Shown piece after piece: positions 58,703-64,000 of a stretch of DNA of 64,000 nucleotides. The stretch spans positions 188,278-252,277 of the forward strand of contig CAZFUL010000001.1 in NCBI GenBank assembly GCA_964522435.1. The letters run 5' to 3'. Position 1 is the first letter of the stretch, and each line of letters starts with the position of its first letter. A program made the position numbers and the translations under genes. Source of the stretch: an uncultured Gammaproteobacteria bacterium. Lineage in GTDB: Bacteria > Patescibacteriota > Patescibacteriia > Magasanikbacterales > UBA922. The notes beneath the pieces were generated by a model, which was given only the letters and a program-made list of their open reading frames with translations, made no database searches and was not told the DNA's origin.

Positions 58703-60217
58703 ATGCGTCAAAATCAATGGTTCTTACGAATCGCCGCTATTATTCTTTTTTTGACTATCCCATATACGACTTTGTCTGCTGCAACGGTCAATTATACTAT
58801 TCGTATTAATTCTGGAGAAAACGGGACTACGTCACGAAAAGTATTACTGCACATCTATCCACCTAAGGGTGCGACTGAAATGCGAATTTCTAATAATGCA
58901 CAATGGACGGGCAGTTATTGGGAATCAGCAAAAAGAAGTAGAGAATGGTTACTTGATTTTGAAGGCGGGACGAAACGCGTGGTGGTACAATTTCGAGATA
59001 AAGATGGGCATAGCTTACCAGGGACATACGAAGATGATATTTATTTAGCTGTTCCACGCACCATGACGGTGGATGCGAAAATTAATAACGGAGATATCCA
59101 AACAACGTCAAGACACGTTACCTTATCATTATTTTTTTCTAATGGGGTGGAGGCTGTTGCGATTAGCCCTACAGATAATTTTACGAATGTTCCCTTTATT
59201 CCTATTGAAAAAACAATGGAATGGGTCCTCCCAGCAGAGACCGGTGGAAAAGATGTCTATCTGCAATTTCGAGATGCAAATAACAATACCAAAATAGTTC
59301 GAAAAACAATTTACTATGAACAACCAAAAAATTATTTGCCAGAAGGGAGTTTGTTAAAAGGAAAAAGTGACACCGTGTATTATTATGGATTTGATGGAAA
59401 ATTGCATCCGTTTTTTCATAGCTCTGCGTATCAATCATACTTTACCTCATTTAATGATATTAAATATGTGAGTGATGATAAACTGCAAAGTTATCCTATT
59501 GCAGAATCTGTTTGTGTTCGTCCGGGGACATGGTTAGTAAAATTTAAAGGATCTGCCAGAGTGTTTGCGGTGGAGCCTGGCTGTTATTTGCGTCCTATTC
59601 GTTCAGAAGCGGAAGCATTTTTATTGTATGGGCCAAGTTGGTCAAAACGCTTGATTGAATTGGAAAGCGCCTACGCAGGATTTTATCGTGTAAGAGAATT
59701 AACGACAGAAGAAAGAGCGAATGATCGTGATCGTGATGGGGTACCTAACGATGTAGAAGAAGAATATGGGACGAGTGATAGTAGTAAAGATACTGATGAG
59801 GATGCGCTAAGTGATTATGAAGAAATATATTTTTGGTTTACTGATCCAACCACCGCTGATTCTGATAGAGATGGTATGAAAGACGGAAAAGAAATTATTG
59901 CTGGTCGTTCACCCAATGGGCCTGGAGCGTTAGAAGAACTTCCAACAGAAAGCTACACCTTTCCAAAAGGGTCTATTATCTATAAATGGTGGGATGATAA
60001 AAAATACTATTACGCCCACCAAGATGGATTTATGTACTTTTTGGCGAATCGAGTAACTGATAAACCCTTTACGACGAATAATCTTCAATCTCGTTTTGTG
60101 GTATCTCCACCATTTGAAATTGATTTTGAAGACCGAGACGGCTGGCATATTTTAGAAGATCAAGAATTTATGAAATTACCGCTTACGACGCGGTATGGCA
60201 GTGTGAGTTTATTATGA
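58703..60217 (+). CDS. Secreted protein with beta-rich repeats, CPR-type repeats and TSP3-like Ca-binding motifs
   Basis: Signal peptide; two IN.G...TTSR.V.L repeats; GSLLKGKSDTVYY; DRDRDG, DTDED, DSDRDG. Confidence 0.7.
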   Translation: MRQNQWFLRIAAIILFLTIPYTTLSAATVNYTIRINSGENGTTSRKVLLHIYPPKGATEMRISNNAQWTGSYWESAKRSREWLLDFEGGTKRVVVQFRDKDGHSLPGTYEDDIYLAVPRTMTVDAKINNGDIQTTSRHVTLSLFFSNGVEAVAISPTDNFTNVPFIPIEKTMEWVLPAETGGKDVYLQFRDANNNTKIVRKTIYYEQPKNYLPEGSLLKGKSDTVYYYGFDGKLHPFFHSSAYQSYFTSFNDIKYVSDDKLQSYPIAESVCVRPGTWLVKFKGSARVFAVEPGCYLRPIRSEAEAFLLYGPSWSKRLIELESAYAGFYRVRELTTEERANDRDRDGVPNDVEEEYGTSDSSKDTDEDALSDYEEIYFWFTDPTTADSDRDGMKDGKEIIAGRSPNGPGALEELPTESYTFPKGSIIYKWWDDKKYYYAHQDGFMYFLANRVTDKPFTTNNLQSRFVVSPPFEIDFEDRDGWHILEDQEFMKLPLTTRYGSVSLL

Positions 60218-62292
60218 CATATTTATTACGAATACTTGTTATCAGCATACTCTGTTTTCCTACCCTTGTGTTGGCCAGAGAACCAAATGATCCCTTGTAT
60301 CAGCAGTGGTCATATAAAGAAGTGCAGGCCTATAGTGCATGGGATAAAAGTATTGGAAACAAGGACGTGATTGTGGCTATTATTGATAATGGCTTTGATT
60401 ACTTGCATCCCGACTTAGTAAAAAATGTTTGGAAAAACGAAGATGAAATAGCGGACAATAAAAAAGATGACGATAATAATGGCTATATTGATGATGTGTG
60501 GGGCTGGAATTTTTTAGCAGAGGATAGAAATCTTGATGGTGAGATTGATAAGCAAGAGTCATTGGGACATAATGATCCACGACCACCGGTTATTGGCGTA
60601 AATACCGAATCTCCCGAAGCGAGTGTCTTGCATCATGGAACCGTTGTTGCTGGTATTATTGGTGCTGTTGGCAACAATAGTTCATTTGGGAGTGGATTAA
60701 ATTGGCAGGTAAAGCTCATGAATATCCGTTTATTAGGAAACGAAGGTCATGGGCAAGTATCAGAATTAGATAGAGCGATTCGCTATGCCGTAGATAATGG
60801 GGCTGACGTTATTAATTTTAGTATTGTTACCACTGACTTAACCCCGAACGCAAAACAAGCCATTGACTATGCCTATAGTCGTGGGGTTGCTATTGTTGCC
60901 GCAGCAGGTAATGATGCGACATCATTAAATACCACTCCGTTTTATCCTGTCTGTGTAGATGAGGACGAGCTAACACCCAAAGTCTTAGGAGTAAGTGCGA
61001 TACGCAAAGATCGTCGTATTGCCTCATTTAGTAATTTTGGTTCTCGTTGTATTGATATTACTGCGCCCGGGGTAGATATTGCGAGTACGCTGCGTTATGC
61101 ACCTATGCATGGATTTGCGAGCGGCTATAGCGCTGGTTGGAATGGAACATCCTTTGCAGCACCATTTGTGAGTGCGACCGCAGCACTTATTAAAGCAGTG
61201 CAACCAACCTGGGGCGCTGCGGATATTTATCATGCTATTTTATCAACCACACATAAAACGCCGTCTTCTGACCCTGAGGGCTATGCAGATTTATTTGGTA
61301 ATGGATTATTGCAAATGGATAATGCCATTTCTTTTGCCATGGCGCAAACAGCATCAACAACGCAGCCTGTCCCAAAACCAACACCAAATCCAACACTGCC
61401 AGTTCCGTCGGCAACAACTCCACCCGTTATTCAAATGGTGTCGTTGTCTCAGGGACTTATTCGGATTAAATATACAAAAGATTTAGCGCAAAGCAGCACC
61501 AAGCTTGTACCAGAACTTGCAGGTATGGATGACGTGAGCCAATATGAGCAGCAGGGGACATACCAATATGTGGCGACTCAGTTTATTCCACAAAACAAAC
61601 AAGTCGTCGTAAAACTATTTGATGAGGCTTGGAATAAAACACAGGAGTGGACGGTTTCGAGTGAGGTGGCGTTGCAAGGAACTATGGTGCAATTGCAAGG
61701 ATCTGCTGAACAGCAGGTGGTGTTAGCACCAACAACAGCAAGTACAGAATTATTTCGTGTGTATGATTTGCGAGGAAATGGTATTGGTACCCAAAAAATT
61801 GCGTCACCGCATGCTGGCGTAGTGGTCTCATATATGCGGGATCGTGGGGCTCTTGCCGATGATATTATGTTGTCCTATCGTACGGGTACGACCACTGCTA
61901 TTGCTCGCTATAGAGGCATTGATCAGGAAGTGATTACCTTTCCTACAGAACAACTGACTCATCCTGGTGCCATTATGAGTGCTGATATCAATGGTGATGG
62001 GGTAGATGAATTTGTTGTTGCCTCTAAAAAAACAGAAGCCATTATGGTCGTATATTATCGTGCGGATGGTCGTTTATTAAAGAACTTTCCGTCATATGCG
62101 CCACAATCACAAGTAGATGTAAGTCTCAGTATGTGGGATTACTTTGGTGATGGAAAAGAAGATGTCGTGATTACACCAAAAGATGGGGCTGTATTTATGA
62201 ATGTGTGGAGTGGTCAACCAACACTGCTATTTCAATTACCTATTATTGAAAAATCGTTAACGCCAATCCGCATGTTTGTGACGCCTGAATAA
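60214..62292 (+). CDS. Secreted S8 (subtilisin-like) peptidase with FG-GAP-like C-terminus
   Basis: VAIIDNG, HGTVVAG, AAAGN, GTSFAAP; DINGDGVDE. Confidence 0.92.
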   Translation: MTYLLRILVISILCFPTLVLAREPNDPLYQQWSYKEVQAYSAWDKSIGNKDVIVAIIDNGFDYLHPDLVKNVWKNEDEIADNKKDDDNNGYIDDVWGWNFLAEDRNLDGEIDKQESLGHNDPRPPVIGVNTESPEASVLHHGTVVAGIIGAVGNNSSFGSGLNWQVKLMNIRLLGNEGHGQVSELDRAIRYAVDNGADVINFSIVTTDLTPNAKQAIDYAYSRGVAIVAAAGNDATSLNTTPFYPVCVDEDELTPKVLGVSAIRKDRRIASFSNFGSRCIDITAPGVDIASTLRYAPMHGFASGYSAGWNGTSFAAPFVSATAALIKAVQPTWGAADIYHAILSTTHKTPSSDPEGYADLFGNGLLQMDNAISFAMAQTASTTQPVPKPTPNPTLPVPSATTPPVIQMVSLSQGLIRIKYTKDLAQSSTKLVPELAGMDDVSQYEQQGTYQYVATQFIPQNKQVVVKLFDEAWNKTQEWTVSSEVALQGTMVQLQGSAEQQVVLAPTTASTELFRVYDLRGNGIGTQKIASPHAGVVVSYMRDRGALADDIMLSYRTGTTTAIARYRGIDQEVITFPTEQLTHPGAIMSADINGDGVDEFVVASKKTEAIMVVYYRADGRLLKNFPSYAPQSQVDVSLSMWDYFGDGKEDVVITPKDGAVFMNVWSGQPTLLFQLPIIEKSLTPIRMFVTPE

Positions 62293-62315
62293 CATGTGCT
62301 ATACTTAGTGCTCCT

Positions 62316-63341
62316 ATGCTCGAAGAAACTCCTATTTTTGAAAAGAAAAATGTCCTCGTTACCGGTGGGGCAGGATTTTTGGGTTCTCATTTATGTGAAC
62401 GATTAGTGCGAGAAGCAAAAGTCATTTGTATTGATGATTTGTCTAATTCCAATATTCAAAACATTGAACATTTATTGCAATACCCAGATTTTGAATTTAT
62501 TAAATACGACATGAGTCAAGAAATTGATTTAGATTCGTTTGATGAGTTAGATAAATTCAAAGTAAAATATCAGGGCGTACAAGAAATTTATCATCTTGCT
62601 TGTCCAACCAGTCCTAAAAATTTTGAGTCTCTAAAAATTCAATCACTGTGGGCAAATTCTCGTGCCATGTTGTCTACGTTAAATTTAGCCGTAAAATATC
62701 GTGCAAAATATGTCTTTGCCTCTAGCTCGGTAATCTATGGTGATCCAACAGAAGAACAGTATATTTTTCCAGAAGAATATGAGGGTATTGTGGATCATCT
62801 TTCTCCCCGTGCCTGTTATGATGAGGGAAAACGTTTTGCCGAAACCTGTGTCGAGACCTATCGCCAAGTCTATGGAATTGACGCAAAAGTTGCCCGTATT
62901 TTTACTACCTATGGTCCACGGATGCGTTTGCGTGATGGGTTACTTATTCCTGATTTTATTCTCAATGCCCTAGAAGGCAAACCATTAGTCATTTACGGAG
63001 ATGAACAACTGACCCAATCCCTCTGTTTTGTAACAGATATTATTGATGGGATGCTTCGTTTAATGCGATCACGTCCAGAGCTCTCTATTGTCAATTTGGG
63101 GTCAGATTATTTGTTACGCATGGTAGATGTGGCTCAAATGATTATCGATATGACCCAATCAAGCTCCACGATCGTGTTTGAAGATCCCCTGGTCTTTTTA
63201 ACCAAAAAAGGTATCCCGGACTTGCAATTAGCCAAAAATCAATTACAATGGATTCCACTTGTTCGTTTAGAAGAAGGCCTGCGTAAAACAATCGACTATA
63301 CCATTGCCAATAAACACATGGTTGGCAATATGTCGATGTAG
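62316..63341 (+). CDS. NAD-dependent epimerase/dehydratase (UDP-glucuronate decarboxylase-like)
   Basis: TGGAGFLGSHL, HLACPTSP, PRACYDEGKR, YGPRM. Confidence 0.9.
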   Translation: MLEETPIFEKKNVLVTGGAGFLGSHLCERLVREAKVICIDDLSNSNIQNIEHLLQYPDFEFIKYDMSQEIDLDSFDELDKFKVKYQGVQEIYHLACPTSPKNFESLKIQSLWANSRAMLSTLNLAVKYRAKYVFASSSVIYGDPTEEQYIFPEEYEGIVDHLSPRACYDEGKRFAETCVETYRQVYGIDAKVARIFTTYGPRMRLRDGLLIPDFILNALEGKPLVIYGDEQLTQSLCFVTDIIDGMLRLMRSRPELSIVNLGSDYLLRMVDVAQMIIDMTQSSSTIVFEDPLVFLTKKGIPDLQLAKNQLQWIPLVRLEEGLRKTIDYTIANKHMVGNMSM

Positions 63342-63380
63342 TGCTTTTTATAAGAGGACAAGGCGTTGATTTTTTTTCTT

Positions 63381-64000
63381 ATGTTTATTGCTATTGTCCC
63401 AGCCTATAATGAAGCAAAGCATATTAAACGAGTTATTAAAGAACTCCTTCCTTTTGTTTCTGAAGTAGTGGTGGTTGATGATTGTTCGACGGATGATACC
63501 GCCACACGAGCTCGGGCCTGTGGGGCAACGGTATTACAACATCGGGTGAATCGTGGCCAGGGAGCGGCACTTGAAACTGGCCATGCCTATGCACGGGCCA
63601 AAGCGGCACAGTTGGTACTGCATTTTGATGCTGATGGACAATTTGACAGTGCGGATATTTTGCCAGCAAAACAACATTTAGAAGAACAGGGCGCAGATAT
63701 ATTATTTGGCTCACGCTTTTTAGATACGCGCTCATCTATTCCTTGGATTAAAAAATGGATTCTCTTACCGCTTGGAAAACTCTTTAATCGTTTTCATGGA
63801 GCAGCTGCCTTAAGTGATGCGCATAATGGCTTTCGCTTATTAACAGCTAAGGCCTTAGCGGATATTGTTATTACCCAAGATAGAATGGCGCATGCTAGCG
63901 AAATTCCCTTGTTAGCGTCTCAAGCCGGACTTAAGATAGTTGAATTTCCTGTTAAAGTTACGTATCATGAGTATGGGCAAACAGCCACACAAGGAATAAC
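63381..64000 (+). CDS. Family 2 glycosyltransferase (3' end outside window)
   Basis: Manual translation gives PAYNE, VVVDDCSTDDT, NRGQGAA, HFDADGQF. Confidence 0.9.
   Translation, partial: MFIAIVPAYNEAKHIKRVIKELLPFVSEVVVVDDCSTDDTATRARACGATVLQHRVNRGQGAALETGHAYARAKAAQLVLHFDADGQFDSADILPAKQHLEEQGADILFGSRFLDTRSSIPWIKKWILLPLGKLFNRFHGAAALSDAHNGFRLLTAKALADIVITQDRMAHASEIPLLASQAGLKIVEFPVKVTYHEYGQTATQGI

Overview
AT-rich, gene-dense chromosome segment using the standard bacterial code. Gene content and CPR-type surface proteins suggest a Patescibacteria/CPR genome (Parcubacteria- or ABY1-like); this assignment is an inference. Housekeeping genes include the end of infB, trxA, gdhA, leuS (with an internal Nudix domain), murA, an S41 protease, riboflavin kinase, riboflavin synthase, ribH, cysS, era, rplI, pyrG, uppP, a CCA-adding enzyme, a CIRCE-controlled hrcA-grpE-hsp20-dnaK-dnaJ operon, rnhA, recJ, lepA, murJ, corA, uvrB, uvrA and the start of a glycan cluster. 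There are two tRNAs (Val-TAC, Leu-CAG) and three families of long palindromic intergenic elements. The most striking pattern is about 11 dispersed, visibly GC-richer, stand-alone units that share one layout: a TTGACA-N17 sigma70 promoter, a strong Shine-Dalgarno (sometimes folded into a hairpin), an orphan ORF or micro-ORF, and a GC-rich 3' hairpin. Almost all housekeeping genes here have AT-rich leaders with no SD. The cargo includes a tandem RNA polymerase alpha-CTD protein, small membrane peptides, an 8-aa MKRMHHHM peptide and possibly degenerate histidine-phosphatase folds. No integrase, transposase or CRISPR array was seen. All GC statements were judged by eye, and product calls come from motif recognition, not database searches.
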